64,000 nucleotides of DNA from positions 4,842,731 to 4,906,730 of the forward strand of contig JBNZDD010013729.1 of NCBI GenBank assembly GCA_050575255.1, given 5' to 3'. Position 1 is the first letter of the stretch; the number at the start of each line of letters is the position of its first letter. Shown piece by piece: positions 11,946-23,896 of this stretch. Both the position numbers and the translations under genes were made by a program. Source of the stretch: Harriotta raleighana. Its lineage: Eukaryota. The notes under the pieces were generated by a model. It was given only the letters and a program-made list of their open reading frames with translations. It searched no databases and was not told where the DNA came from.

Positions 11946-12426
11946 AGACACGCAGTAAAATCACCAACATGGTGTATTTGGAAGTGTGTTTTTTTGCTCC
12001 AAGCCATGTAAGAAATATGATTTTTGGAGGAATACACGAGCAGTATTATGGCCGAGATAACTGGCACTGCCAGAGTAGGGCAGTGGCATAAAGTTTAATG
12101 TTAATAATACATCGAAACAAATTGTTCAGTGTAGGTATTATTTAATCAGTAATGATTATTCTAGCGATTATTTTTAATTATTGGGACGTCCTCCCAACGT
12201 GAAAGGCGCTCTATAAATGTATATATATATATATATATCANGCACCTTTCACATCGGGAGGACGTCCCAAAGCGCTGAACAGTCAGATCGGAACCCGAAC
12301 CTTCGGCTCCCCTCCGACTCTTCCCTCTCTCCCACTCTTCTTCCCCCTCTCCCACTCTTCTTCCCCCTCCCCGTATCCCTGGANGTGAAAGGCGCTCTAT
12401 AAATGTATATATATATATATATATCA

Positions 12427-13467
12427 CAACAACAACAACAACAAAATTACATTTGTATACCACCTTTCACATCGGGAGGATGTCCCAAACCTGAACCTTC
12501 GGCTCCCTTCCGACTCTTCCCTCTCTCCCACTCTTCTTCCCCCTCCCCCTATCCCTGGAAGGGTCAGGGGTAGGGGGAGGGGGAAGGAGAGTAGGAGAGG
12601 GGGGAAGAGTCAGAGGGGAGGCCGNTCAGGGGTAGGAGGAGGGGGAAGGAGAGTGGGAGAGGGGGAAGAGTCAGGGGGGAGGCCGAAGGTGCGGTCGAAG
12701 AGGAAAGTCTTGAGACCGGCCTTGAAGGAGGAAAGGGAGGAAGCAAGGTGGAGGGACTGCGGGATGGAGTTCCACAGTGTGGGGGAAGAGTGTGAAAGCC
12801 CAGCCACTGATGGTTGGGCGGTTCGGGCGGTGGACGCGGAACAGGCCTGAGTCTGCTGAACGGAGGGTGCAGGTGGGCTGATAGGGAGACAGCAGGTCAG
12901 AGAGATAGGCAGGGGCAAGCCATGAGTGGTCTTGAAAGTGAGGACTGGGGGATGGGGAGCCAGTGGAGACGGGCGAGGGTGGGAGTGATGTGGTCACGAA
13001 GCCTGGTGCGGGAGAGTACATGAGCTGCAGAATTCTAAATGATCTGCAGCCTGTGATAGGAGGAGTTGGGAAGGCCGATGAGGAGAGAGTTTGCATAGTC
13101 AAGCCTGGAGGTGATAGAGGCAAGAATGAGGGTTTCGGCGGCATGGGGAGTGAGGTGGTGGCGGAGCCTGGCAATATTACGGAGCTGGTGGAAAGTGATA
13201 CCGGTCAGGGAGCGGATATGAGGGAGGAAGGACAATTTGGGGTCAAACAAGACGCCCAGATTTCTGACTGGCTTCGAGAAGTGGAGAGAGCAACCTTGAA
13301 TGCTGAGGTTGTCAGCCCCTGAGGTGCGGAGGCGCTGACGCGAGCCAATCAGGAGGGCCTCCGTCTTGTTGACGTTGAGTTGGAGGAAATTGGCCCTCAT
13401 CCAGAACTCAATGTCGGTCAGACACGCAGTCAGAACACCAGTAGTCCTGGAGTCGAGGGACAAATAC
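12427..13467 (-). mobile_element. 5'-truncated L2 LINE (RT C-terminus + 3' UTR), with stop and frameshifts
   Basis: ORF 13035-13463 reads CLTDIEFWMRANFLQLNVNKTEALLIG...VRNLGVLFDPKLSF.PHI...LRNIARLR...SRLDYANSLL; downstream LAPAYLSDLLSPYQP..LRS and LWNSIPQSL..SFKAGLKTFLF are hallmark L2/jockey RT C-terminal motifs. (caa)n tail; the 3' end is re-assembled again at 12180-12420. Confidence 0.96.
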
Positions 13468-13857
13468 CAGAGGACTGAAATATTATTACTATATTGAAGA
13501 GCCTAGTATGTGCGGCGTTCACTGCTAGCCACAGGAATTCCAGCAGCTTCAGCAACCAAGGAAAATGCTCACAATTCTTATGTTCATTATTCATGTCCCC
13601 AGCTCCGATATGCGCCGAGAGTGTCACAAGAGAGGGGAAAAAATGCGTCCTCTCACAACAGACTTGCTGCTTGTCGCATGCCTTAATCGATCGCCATGTG
13701 ATTGGCTCAAAGGATAAATGCCGGCATACACCAGTTTGGCTGAATGGCCTATTTCTGTGCTGTATATTTTGTTTTGTGTATTCTAACGCATTCCTTTGTT
13801 TTCTACTCGTTTTGAAACCCAGCAGGTGTGAACCCGTCACGAGCATCGATGTCTGTG

Positions 13858-14150
13858 GAAACGTAGGAACAGAGGAATAGGCCATTCAGCCCTTCGAGGC
13901 TGTTCCGCCATTTAATTAGTTTATAGCTGATCTGGACCTCTACAAACCCTTTCAATTCCAATTTCCCACTTTCTCTCCATATCCCTCAAAACCCTGACCT
14001 ACCAAAAATTTACCAACTTCACTCTTAAAGGTGTGGATGGATCCAGCCTCCACACCCTTTTTGGGGGTGGGGGAAGAGGTCCACATCTCTACCAGCCTTT
14101 GAGTGAAAACATGCTGCCTGATTTTACTCTTAAATGGTTCTAATTTTAAG
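13858..14150 (-). mobile_element. CR1 LINE 3' end
   Basis: gaaacgtaggaacagaggaataggccattcagccc... is the reverse complement of the CR1 3' hairpin and terminal repeat; upstream part resembles the RT C-terminus. Confidence 0.75.
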
Positions 14151-14519
14151 ACTAAAAATTAAGACTTTTAACAACTCTTTGGAGAGTTGTTGTGAAAGAT
14201 CCTGTTACTATTAATAGTAAGAAAAAAATTCATTATTAATAACAGTCATTAGTAATCATAATCCTTGTGTTTTTCTTCACATCAGGAGGATGTCGCAAAA
14301 AGCTCTGTGGGAGCCGTACATTTCGTGGATATACGTAGTGGTCAATTTGAGGACATCCTTGTCGGATGTACGAACATGTGAACTTACTTCACTTTAAATC
14401 CAGTAAAAGTGCTTTAAGACATCTTCTCGACAGGGTAAGGCAATAGATTGAATGCAATGAATATCATTATGATGATGAAGTGAATGGCTCCGTTTTACCT
14501 GAGGGATGGTTGGCCAGAT

Positions 14520-14706
14520 TAACTTCTGTGGAGCTCGGTTTAATGCCTCCACCAATAGATGGCACCTCCAGCTATATCGCGCTCCCCCATCACTGCGTTA
14601 GCGTGTGATCCCAGACTTTGTGACATTAAAGGGCCAGAGTGAGACTCGAACCTATAACCCCATGACTCAGAGGCAAGAATGCTACCGGCTGAACCAGGCT
14701 GACACC
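14520..14706 (-). mobile_element. Old Deu SINE, 5' part
   Basis: ctcggtttaatgcctc...ggcacctcc...gactcagaggcaagaatgctaccggctgaaccaggctgacac. Confidence 0.72.
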
Positions 14707-16080
14707 TTGATAGAAAACATTTGCTTATAATATATATTTATATACATAAAAAGTTCTTAAATTATTGAAAGGTTCAATAACTCTTTGATTAAGTGCCTGC
14801 AGATGTTGAGACGGGCGATACAGTCCAATGCAAATATTATCCGAGTCGAGCCAGATGTTTTTCATTTGCTGTACACAAACGTACGTGTATCTGTAAGGCT
14901 CTCTTGTTGAGTTATAACCCCTCTCAGAACAAGATAGAAACTGTGGTTCGTTTCCCCATCAGTGCCAATCCTTTCATTCCCAACCGATTTTAATGAGCGG
15001 ACGGCATATTAATGCAGCTAAACAAATGCTCCCATTTAAACCCAGGGGAAAACTGACAGTCGAGGCAGATGATCCAGTGAAGTGTAGAGCAGTGCAGTCC
15101 TGGGGGAGATCTGCATTGTCAGGGGTGCAGTCCTTTGGATAAGATGTTAAACCGAGGTCCCTTCTAGATGGTGTCCCAAAGCGCTTGGCAGAATTTATTG
15201 TCAAAGTGGATCAACTGTGTATTTTGCGGGCAAAATCTAGCAACCAATTGCGCACAGCAGCATCCCACAAAACTGCCATCCAAAAATAAAAACGACACCA
15301 GCAGTGCCTTGTGTTAATGCCGGGGGAGCAGAGCCAACCAATTAACTCCAAACACTTGACAGGTCCATTACTCTCAACTACATTAGTGTCTCCAGTTGGT
15401 GTGTAAATCGCCTGAGCAGAAAGCATTCAATGACGCCGCGCCGATGTGCGCCTCCACTCACTAACCCGGTCACAAGTAACCCAATCCATCAGGTCCGGTA
15501 ACTCTATCCTTGAAATTGCGATTGTTAGCCACCTAATACCAGATCCTGCTCTGCAACGTGTAATGTATTTCGCCCACACCTACCATCTGCACTTCCTAAA
15601 CTGTTGTAATGGTGATACCCCACTGAAGAGTGCTCCGTAAATGCAAGTTGCTGCTTATCGTTACAATTAACACAGTCCCTTTCACATCGGGAGGACGTCT
15701 CAATGCACTTAATATGATATGTTGTGAAAGATAGTGACTGTATATTTGGCAGGAGCCAGCCAATTGGCTCGCAGTAACATCGCACAAACAACCGTCAAGT
15801 GAATGATGGCAACTCTAACAATGCTACCAACTGAGCCAGGCTGACACATGGTCTTGGAGGATAAGAGGAGGTGGAATTTGAAACCTAACCTTTAATCAAC
15901 CCTACACTGTTACAAGAGTAAACTGTCCCTCTCAACCTGAGTGACTTCTGCTTAACTCCTACACTGCATCTAGCAGTTGATGGTACATTATATACAGTAT
16001 GTACATAACAACAGCCACAGCAAAATTACACTTGTATAGTCCCAGAAGGATGTGATATATATATATATATATATATATAG

Positions 16081-16480
16081 TTGGTAGCACTCTTATCTTG
16101 GGAATCAAAGGAATGAGGGTTAAAGCCCATGTCAGGACTTTGAACTTGTATTTACTTCAGCGCTTTTGGACATCCTCCTGACGTGTAAGGTGCTGTACAA
16201 GTGTAATTTTGTTGTTGTTGTAGTATGATCAAGGCTGACACTCTAATATAGTGGTGGGGCTTGCGTTGCATTTTCCTTTGAGTTTATTAAAACTAGGTGA
16301 GGTTCAAGTAGATGTGACAGATCCCGTGGCATTATTCCAAATAGAAGGGAGTTTCTCTCAGTCTCCTGGCCAATAACCCTTCAGATAAAATCGGTCACTC
16401 ATTTCACAACTGTTTGTGGGCATTTGTGGTTCGCAAATTGGCTGCCGCAAATGCCTACAAGACATACAGTCAGCCTTACT
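16081..16480 (+). mobile_element. Old Deu SINE containing a short L2 tail (16160-16220), preceded by (TA)n
   Basis: ttggtagcactct head; aggctgacact...gatcccgtggcattatt...ctgtttgtgggc...gcaaattggctgcc. Confidence 0.7.
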
Positions 16481-17853
16481 TTACTTTCAAATTCTTTTTT
16501 GTTTTGAATCATAATCTTTCGTGGATAATAAAATGCAGCAAATATACTTCACAGTCCATTTTTTTTTGTCGCCGTGTCTAATTTTTGGTACTTCAAAACA
16601 CATTTCTTAAGAATTGTCATTAATGAAATTCCAAACCAATGGAAAACACTACATATTTCCTAATAAGAAATAGAAATGACACATAGCATTTCTTGCTATG
16701 GCATCTGTAAAGGAATACCTCAAATTAGATTCCATTTTTAGAGAGGAAAAAAAAGAACTTTTTGTATCACATTGAAACATCTCAAAGCCCTTCACAGTGA
16801 ATTACTGTCAAATGTCTTGACTTTTTTATAGGCTATTTTAGTGATGTTTCAGTACAAAAAGTGAAACGATCATGAAAATCTTAACATTATACCATTTAAT
16901 TCCCACTAATGCCATTTCCTGCTTACCCTCAGCAGTTAATTACTTTAATGAGCCTGTCAAACTCCAAAGTATTTGTTCATCTCTGACATTGACACCAGCA
17001 CTTTTCCCCACCGCTTAACGCAATTGACATCGTCTATTCTCCGTTGACTTCAGTGGCAAAGGAAAGCATTATATATGGTAGGTACAGGGGCTCATTGAAG
17101 AGGCCAAAGAGAAAAATTTGAGTGAAATTGTTTGTAACTTGCACCCGCCTCATTTGAAATGCCCTTGCTTTGTTCTCATTGAATTCAACAGTAGAAGGGA
17201 GTCCTATAATGTATGCACTGTTACACACATGTGTGTCAATCAGTGAACCAACACACATGTGAGAAACAGCACGTAAGTCACAAGAACCGGAGCATAGTTA
17301 CTAAAAGCGTTCATTATACAGTTAAAGTTTCTGCCTTCACAACTCAATTGTTGTTTTTTGTTGAAAAAAATCGTTACGTTTGGTATATTGTCTTATCATG
17401 TCAGCGAAACGTCTCAAAGGGCTTCGTTGGTTTCCACTGCAGAGTGTTAGCCTGATTCAATGAGTAGCATTCTCGCTTCCGAGTCACAAGATCATGTGTT
17501 CAAACTCCGATGTCGAGTCTTTGAGCTCACTTTAGTCTGATAAAACTAATCATTCGTTTCATGGCTGTTTGTGTGACATTGCTGTGGGTTCACCTATAAT
17601 ATACACAGTCACTCCAGTACACAGTAAATCTGTAAAGCGTTTTGAGAGATCCTCCCAACGTGAAGCGCACTATATCAAGTGCAGTGATTATTCTTATTAT
17701 TAATTAATATTGGTGATAACTAAAGCTGCACAGGGGCCTATTTTGACCGCTGCTGAGGGTTAGCTGTTGGCTACACATCCATACTGTAGTAAGTAATTCC
17801 ATTGTAAGGAAATCACATTAGGGAGATCTTGAGAAACATAGGCACTTGGTGTG

Positions 17854-18138
17854 AATTCCTATAGCTCAGTGGTTAGAGGCTTGTCTCGCAAGCAGGAGAT
17901 CTGAGTTTGATTCCCAGCATGTTTCCTTACTCAACACACCTGATAATAATCCCTTGACAAAAAATGTATAAATTAGTCACTTCAACACACGACGGTTTGT
18001 GGGACGCTGCTGTGCGCAATTGGCTGCTACGTTGCACCCACAAATAATCAGTCAATTCACTTTGCAGTACATTCTGCGAAGAATTTTGAGGCGTCTGGAA
18101 GACGTGAAAAGCGCTATGTCAAATGCAATTATTATTAC
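17854..18138 (+). mobile_element. tRNA-derived SINE
   Basis: tagctcagtggttagag A-box, gagtttgattccc B-box-like, consensus body and tail. Confidence 0.9.
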
Positions 18139-19011
18139 TCTAGAGATTCCATTATTTCCCATCCTTCTTAAACATGCAATCAGGTATAGACAAAACCCTA
18201 CAAATATTCTACAAAACCGCAACCTTCTTGTTGGTTTATTTTATGAAAGGGAGCTCCAGTGGCTTTTTTATGCTGAAGTAAGGTATAATATGCTAGTAAC
18301 AGCGTAAGGCAAGACTCATGTATTTTAATTGGCTTTATGTCAGAAGACTTGAAGCTACGACCTTGGATTATTGACTAGAGATATTAATACATATTTCAGA
18401 GAAAGAAAAGAATCAGGCAGTCGATTGACAGGATATTTTTAGGGAATTTTTAAGTTTATAGAACTGATCTGTTTATAATTTTATTTTATTTTATTGATTG
18501 CCTGGGAATGCGAGATGGAGTCAGTATCTGTCAGCCAGCTCAAGGGAAATCCACAGTTTACTGGGCATTTATTAGGTTTGCCTTGAAAATGTATAGAAGT
18601 TTCACTGGCAGTAGGAATAATAATTAAACTTTGTGTCAGTGTTTTTAAAATTATTTTCTGTCTTGACAAATCCAAAGTAGTAACAGAATGAGATTCAGAT
18701 CAGGAGAAAGTTACAGCAATAGACACAAAACCATTGCTAGCAAAGGCTGGATAGGAAATGATGACTTGTAGAGCGAGGACTGAAGAGCAAACACCCTACA
18801 GAGTGCAGATCTGTGACCGCAGAGAATTTCTGTGTATTGTGGTGTGTATGCGCGAATTATTGCGTGTGTATCCGCCTGTATTACCCCACAAAATATACAG
18901 CTGCCCACAAAATATACAGTCAATTCCCTTTACAGTATATTCTGTGAAGGGCTTTGAGACTCTCAAAGACCTGATAAGTTGCGAAATCAAATGCAATTAA
19001 TTATTATTAAT

Positions 19012-19215
19012 TGCAAGTTTCCTTACTCCACATGCCTGATAATAATCTCTCAAGAAATGTGTCGTTTCAATCCACGACTGTTTGTGGGACATTGCTGTGT
19101 GCAATTGGCTGCCACGTTTTGTCCACATATATACAGTCAATTCATTTTCCAGTATATTCTGTGAAGCATTTTGAGACATCTAGAAGATGTTAAAATGCAA
19201 GGATTTTTAGTATTA
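19012..19215 (+). mobile_element. SINE, 5' truncated
   Basis: gcaagtttccttactccacatgcctgataataatc...aatgcaaggatt. Confidence 0.88.
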
Positions 19216-19291
19216 TTGTTGTCTGTGCATGTGTGTTATATGCATGTATTACATGTCTGTCTATGTATATCATTATCTGTGTGTGTATTAT

Positions 19292-20020
19292 ACCTAGGTG
19301 TTTCGTTTGATTCTCAACTGTCTTTCCTTCCCCACATCCAAGCAATGACACGCTCTGCCTTCCCTCACCTCCGCAATATTGCCCGACTCCATCTTTGCCT
19401 CACCCCCCCCAAGCAGCTGAAATCCTCATTCACACCTTCATCACATCCCAGTTCAATTACACTTAGGTGTAGTTGGCCTTCCCAATTCCTCTCTCCATGG
19501 GTTGCAGATTATCCAGAACTCTGCGACCCGTGTCCTCTACTGCTCCGAGCTTCATGCCCTATCTCCACCATCCTCGCCCAACTCCATTGGCTCCCAATCA
19601 CCCAGAAGATCCAATTCAAGATACTGGTCTTCCTATTCAAAGCCCTCCATGACCTCGCCCCACCGAACCTCTGCAACCTCCTAACCCCCTACCAACCTGT
19701 CCGACCCCTCCGCTCAGCAGGCTCTGGCCTGCTCCACATCTCCCAATCCACCACACCCACCATTGGCGGGCGAACCTTCATCCACCCTGCCCCCAACCTC
19801 TGGAACTCCATCCCACATACCCTCTGCCTCGCCCCCTCCCTGACCTCCTTCCCGCCTCTTTGGTCCACCCCATCAGTCATCCCAAATGCCCTCCTTTCCC
19901 TCCACTCTCCTTGTTGCTGACCCCAGCTTGGGACTGAAACAATGACTGCCCAGCACCTTGGGACATCGTCCTGATGTGAAAGATCCTATACAAGTGTAAT
20001 TTTATTGCTGTTATTGTTGT
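19292..20020 (+). mobile_element. 5'-truncated L2 LINE (RT C-terminus + 3' UTR), frameshifted
   Basis: LGVSFDSQLSFLPHI...HLRNIARL...QIIQNSATRVL...LHWLPITQKIQFKIL..FKALHDLAP...LWNSIP; ends in gggacatcgtcctgatgtgaaa...(ttg)n. Confidence 0.95.
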
Positions 20021-20964
20021 ATTATCTGTGTGTGTGTGTGTGTGTGTTTGAGAGAGGGAAAGACAGGTGTAACACAAAGTAGAGAGTTGAGTAACTAACA
20101 GCAGAAAGTTGAGTGTCCATTGTGACAATAAGTAAACAGCAGTAAAGTTTGATTTGGGATTTAAAATAAGGACTTAAGCAGTTGGCTTCTGATCCCAGGC
20201 TCCGATAAACTCAGTTTGGTGCCAATCCGATCAAACAAACATTTGCTTATCTGAACTATGCATAGGCAGTCAGAGGAGGTCGGTCATTCATTCGCCTGAG
20301 AGTGCGTGAGAGAGCAAGAGAGAGTGAGAAGTCAATCAACATAGAGTCTAGAATGCCGGCTGGCCGGAGAGACGAACAGTTAAACTTGAGATCAAACCAC
20401 TGGAGAATTAGCTCAAATGTTTGCTGAGGAAGTTGTGCCAAAATCTACATTAAACACGCGGGCTGACACAGTGCAGGGTTGTTGTGTGCGCTGCATTAAT
20501 GTGCTGGAGATGTGATGCAGGCTCAGTCAGTTTAACCAGCGGCAGAAACCTTGGTAACTTTGGTCATGTCTGCGCTCACCAGCTCAAGCCCAATCCACTG
20601 GGAGCCGCGCTCCTCCTTTGACTCGTTTCCAAACCAGAGTAAAAAATATTCGTCTGTTTATGGAGGGATTTTTTTTTGTGAAGATGATTCTCAATGCATT
20701 ACCACTTTCTCCTTTTTGCTATGATTCGGTTGCTATGTTTACGTCTGTCGCTATGACCCAGGCTGAATGCACAGCTTTGTTGCATTTAGCAAACAATTAC
20801 TTATTGCTTGACAAGGAGCTGAAAGGAATTGACTCCCTCCTGATGACCGCCAATACAGCTCCAATAATTGGATCCTGCTCACTTAGAGACTTCCATTGTG
20901 TTCGACCCTATCAGTAGTGAGAAGAATGTAAGTTCGAGTCCCACTTAGGACTTTTATATAATAT

Positions 20965-21100
20965 ATAATAATAATAATCCTTGCATTTGATATAATGTTT
21001 TCACATCATATCGACGTCTCAAAGCGCTTCACGGGATATACTGTAAAGTGAATTGACTGTTTATTTGTGGGCGAAATGTGGTAGCCAATTGCGCACAGTA
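20965..21100 (-). mobile_element. SINE 3' fragment
   Basis: Consensus tail through gccaattgcgcacag. Confidence 0.85.
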
Positions 21101-21130
21101 GATTTTGGCTCACGTCTTGGTGACCTCCCC

Positions 21131-21365
21131 AAGAGAGAGGGTGGGGTGGGGAAGAGGAGGGGGCGAAAGGAGGGGTAAGTGAGGAGTGGGGAGAGGATGG
21201 GGGTAGAGAAGAGGAGGGAGAGGAGAAAGGAGACAGGAAGAGGGAGAGAAGAGGTGGGTGAGAGGAGTGGGGGAGAGAGGATGGGGGAGAGAGGAGGTGA
21301 GAGACCGAGGAGTGAGAGGGAGGAAGATGGGAGCAGAAAGGAGTAAGGGTAAGAGAGGAAAGGGT
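21131..21365. repeat. Purine-rich (G/A) low-complexity tract
   Basis: About 230 bp almost entirely G and A. Confidence 0.9.
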
Positions 21366-23016
21366 GTTGCAATGTCAGAGGTCCCATTTTATGGATGAAT
21401 TATATGGATCCCATGGCATGATGTGAAAATTAAATAATAATAATAATCCTTGCATGTGATATAGAGTCTCATCATATCCTCAAACCCCCCAAATCCCCAG
21501 TCCTATTTTGAATCAAAATGAATCACAGTTATTATTTCATGGTTTCAACATCTCGATGTGCTTAATCTGGTTTCACTGTGAGGGCAGTGACTGTGTCGCT
21601 GGCAGTTAAGATTACCAAACCTGAGTGGGAGCCCGACGTTTCAGAGTAAAGAACAAAATAATCCCTGCAAATCAGAGCGATCAGAACTCGTGTCGCGATC
21701 AGAGATGATAATCACATTCACCCAAACCAAAACAGCCACTCTCGTCCACTGGGCCAGCTATCACGAGGTCTGCAGATGAACATGGAACAAAACAATCTGC
21801 CAAGAGATCTCATAAGAGGTCAATGTAACATTCAGACACTATTCCCTTCCTCCTGTTCATCCGGGCTGCGGTTCAAGTCTCTCTCCCGTCTTCTCAGCGA
21901 GATTCCCAGAACCTTCCATCTGTGAAAGTTAATTATGAAAACTCTTTATGAATTCCATCTGACTGATTTCATAGCTTTTTTTTTGTTCAGAAACTGACCC
22001 CGAGTATAGAATTGTGTTTAACTTGTTGAATTAGCGAGCTCTGGCATTTCGGTGCTGGGACAGAGTACAGCACTGTTTGATTGTGTTGTTAATCCAGCTT
22101 TGATACAGGAGTTTCTGTTGTATACATATACGATAATGAGATATACACAGTACAGTACATGCACAGAAACCCACATGTCTCAAGGAAGACTGTTGAACTG
22201 ATTCCAAGTTGATGTGCTTGGCAACAAAAGGTCACAATTCTACCCTCTACGGCGGTCTCTAGTCTAATGCCTGAGGCAGTCAGATCCGTAGGACTCCAGG
22301 GCATTGGCAATGACCCGAGCAGCTCAGCGTAGCATATTGTCAGGATTTGGATGGTCAGACTGAGGCCATCTGGGAATAGGTTTCTTCCCACTTGGCTCCC
22401 GTTAATCTGCTATCGAAAGCCCTAGCTGTTGGGCTTGTCCTAGCAGCAGGAAAATTTGTTCAAGAAAATGCTAACCGCAAAGTGGACGATTGAGCTATTT
22501 TGTGTCTTGACGTCTGAGGCAAAATTTGAAACGTTAATTGTTCTTGAAGCCGAGGAACGCTTTGAAAATCTCCATCGCAAGGCAGACAGCATTGTTAGCT
22601 GGTCCTCCAGTTTTAACAGCATTAATTTCAATCCCACTAAAATTTAGGGTGTTGGCTTTGCAGCGTCTCACACGAGCCGTGCTCGGGAATGAGGCGCGAG
22701 GGCCCTTGGGTTTTGCGGGTTAACACAAGAGAGAGGGGAGGAATGAAGGTTTAAAAGCTCAGGCCTCAGCTCTTGGCACAAGTAGGGAATGTTTGACAAA
22801 GCAGCTGTGTCGCGTGACTGCCGAGAGTACAGAACTGTATCAACAAGTTTGAAAACATTGCACTGAAACCACGAGAAACACTGTCTAAACGTTTCACTGC
22901 TTTCAGGAGATTAGATACGGAAGTCTTCACCCCCTTGTGTTGAAGCAGTCCGAGACAATACCCCTCTTGCAAGGCGCTATCTAAATGCAAGTTGTTCTTG
23001 TTGTTGATGCCGTTGT

Positions 23017-23344
23017 GGAATCCTGCAGCTCAGTGGTTAGAGCGCTCACCTTACAAATGTAAGACCTATGTTCGAATCCAGGCAGAGCAGGGGGAAACCT
23101 TGGGCAAGTTTCCTTACTCCACATGTCTAATAATAATCCCTCCAAAAAAAAACATAATAATAAAAATTGGTCATTTCAATCCACAACTGTTTGTGGGGAC
23201 GCTGCTGTGCGCAATTGGCTGTCACATTTTGCCCACAAATATACAGTCAATTCACTTCACAGTATATTGCTTTGAGACGTCGATAAGATGTGAAAAGCTC
23301 TATATCAAATGCAAGCATTATTATTATTAATATTATATTATTAT
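23017..23344 (+). mobile_element. tRNA-derived SINE, full length (young subfamily)
   Basis: A-box cagctcagtgg, B-box gttcgaatcc, accttgggcaagtttcc CORE-like block, Deu/L2 tail, (tta)n. Confidence 0.95.
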
Positions 23345-23681
23345 GCCTTCTCTCTCCCCATACCCAGTTTGGGTGCCCAACACACATTGTTAAATGCTGT
23401 GTATTTTTTATGTGTCCACTTCGTAGTATATTCCATGATTTTTTTTGACACATCTCAATGACGTGATGGGATGCTACATCAAATGGAAGGATTATCATCA
23501 TTAAACACTTTGAGAATTATTTCTGATGTGAAAGGCACTGTATAAATTGAATTGTATTTTATCATCCATTCTGTTTTCTTCCTTTCTTCTCTCCTCCTCC
23601 ACCTCCTCCTCTTTTCTCCCTCCGCCCCGCCCCCACCATCCCCCACCCACCATAACAACAACAACAAGAAAATTACATTTT

Positions 23682-23896
23682 GGAGTCCTGTAGCTCAGTG
23701 GTTAGAGCACTTGCCTTACAAGTGAAAGATTTGGATTCAATTCTAGGCAGGGCGAAACCTCGGGCAAGTTTCCTTACTCCACACACCTAATAATAATCCC
23801 TAAAAAAACCAATAATATATTGTTCATGTGAAGCGCTTTGAGACATCTAGAAGATGTGAAAATCGCTATATCACAAATGCAAAGATTATTATTATT
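23682..23896 (+). mobile_element. tRNA-derived SINE with internal deletion
   Basis: Intact head and tail; the body jumps from ttgttcat to gtgaagcgctttg. Confidence 0.9.

Noticed and set aside
13035-13463. RT-like ORFs (also 19171-19920 and 37694-38092) as functional genes or a retron-like system
   Set aside because: 5'-truncated L2/CR1 remnants with stops and frameshifts; no catalytic core, endonuclease or ORF1.
19951-19970. REST/RE1-like cagcacc...ggaca in an L2 tail (also 62618)
   Set aside because: Half-site spacing is 3 nt rather than the canonical 2 and the right half is mismatched.
23017-23095. tRNA genes (A-box tagctcagtgg, B-box gttcgaatcc), many copies
   Set aside because: Each continues into the SINE body and lacks a closing acceptor stem; these are SINE heads.
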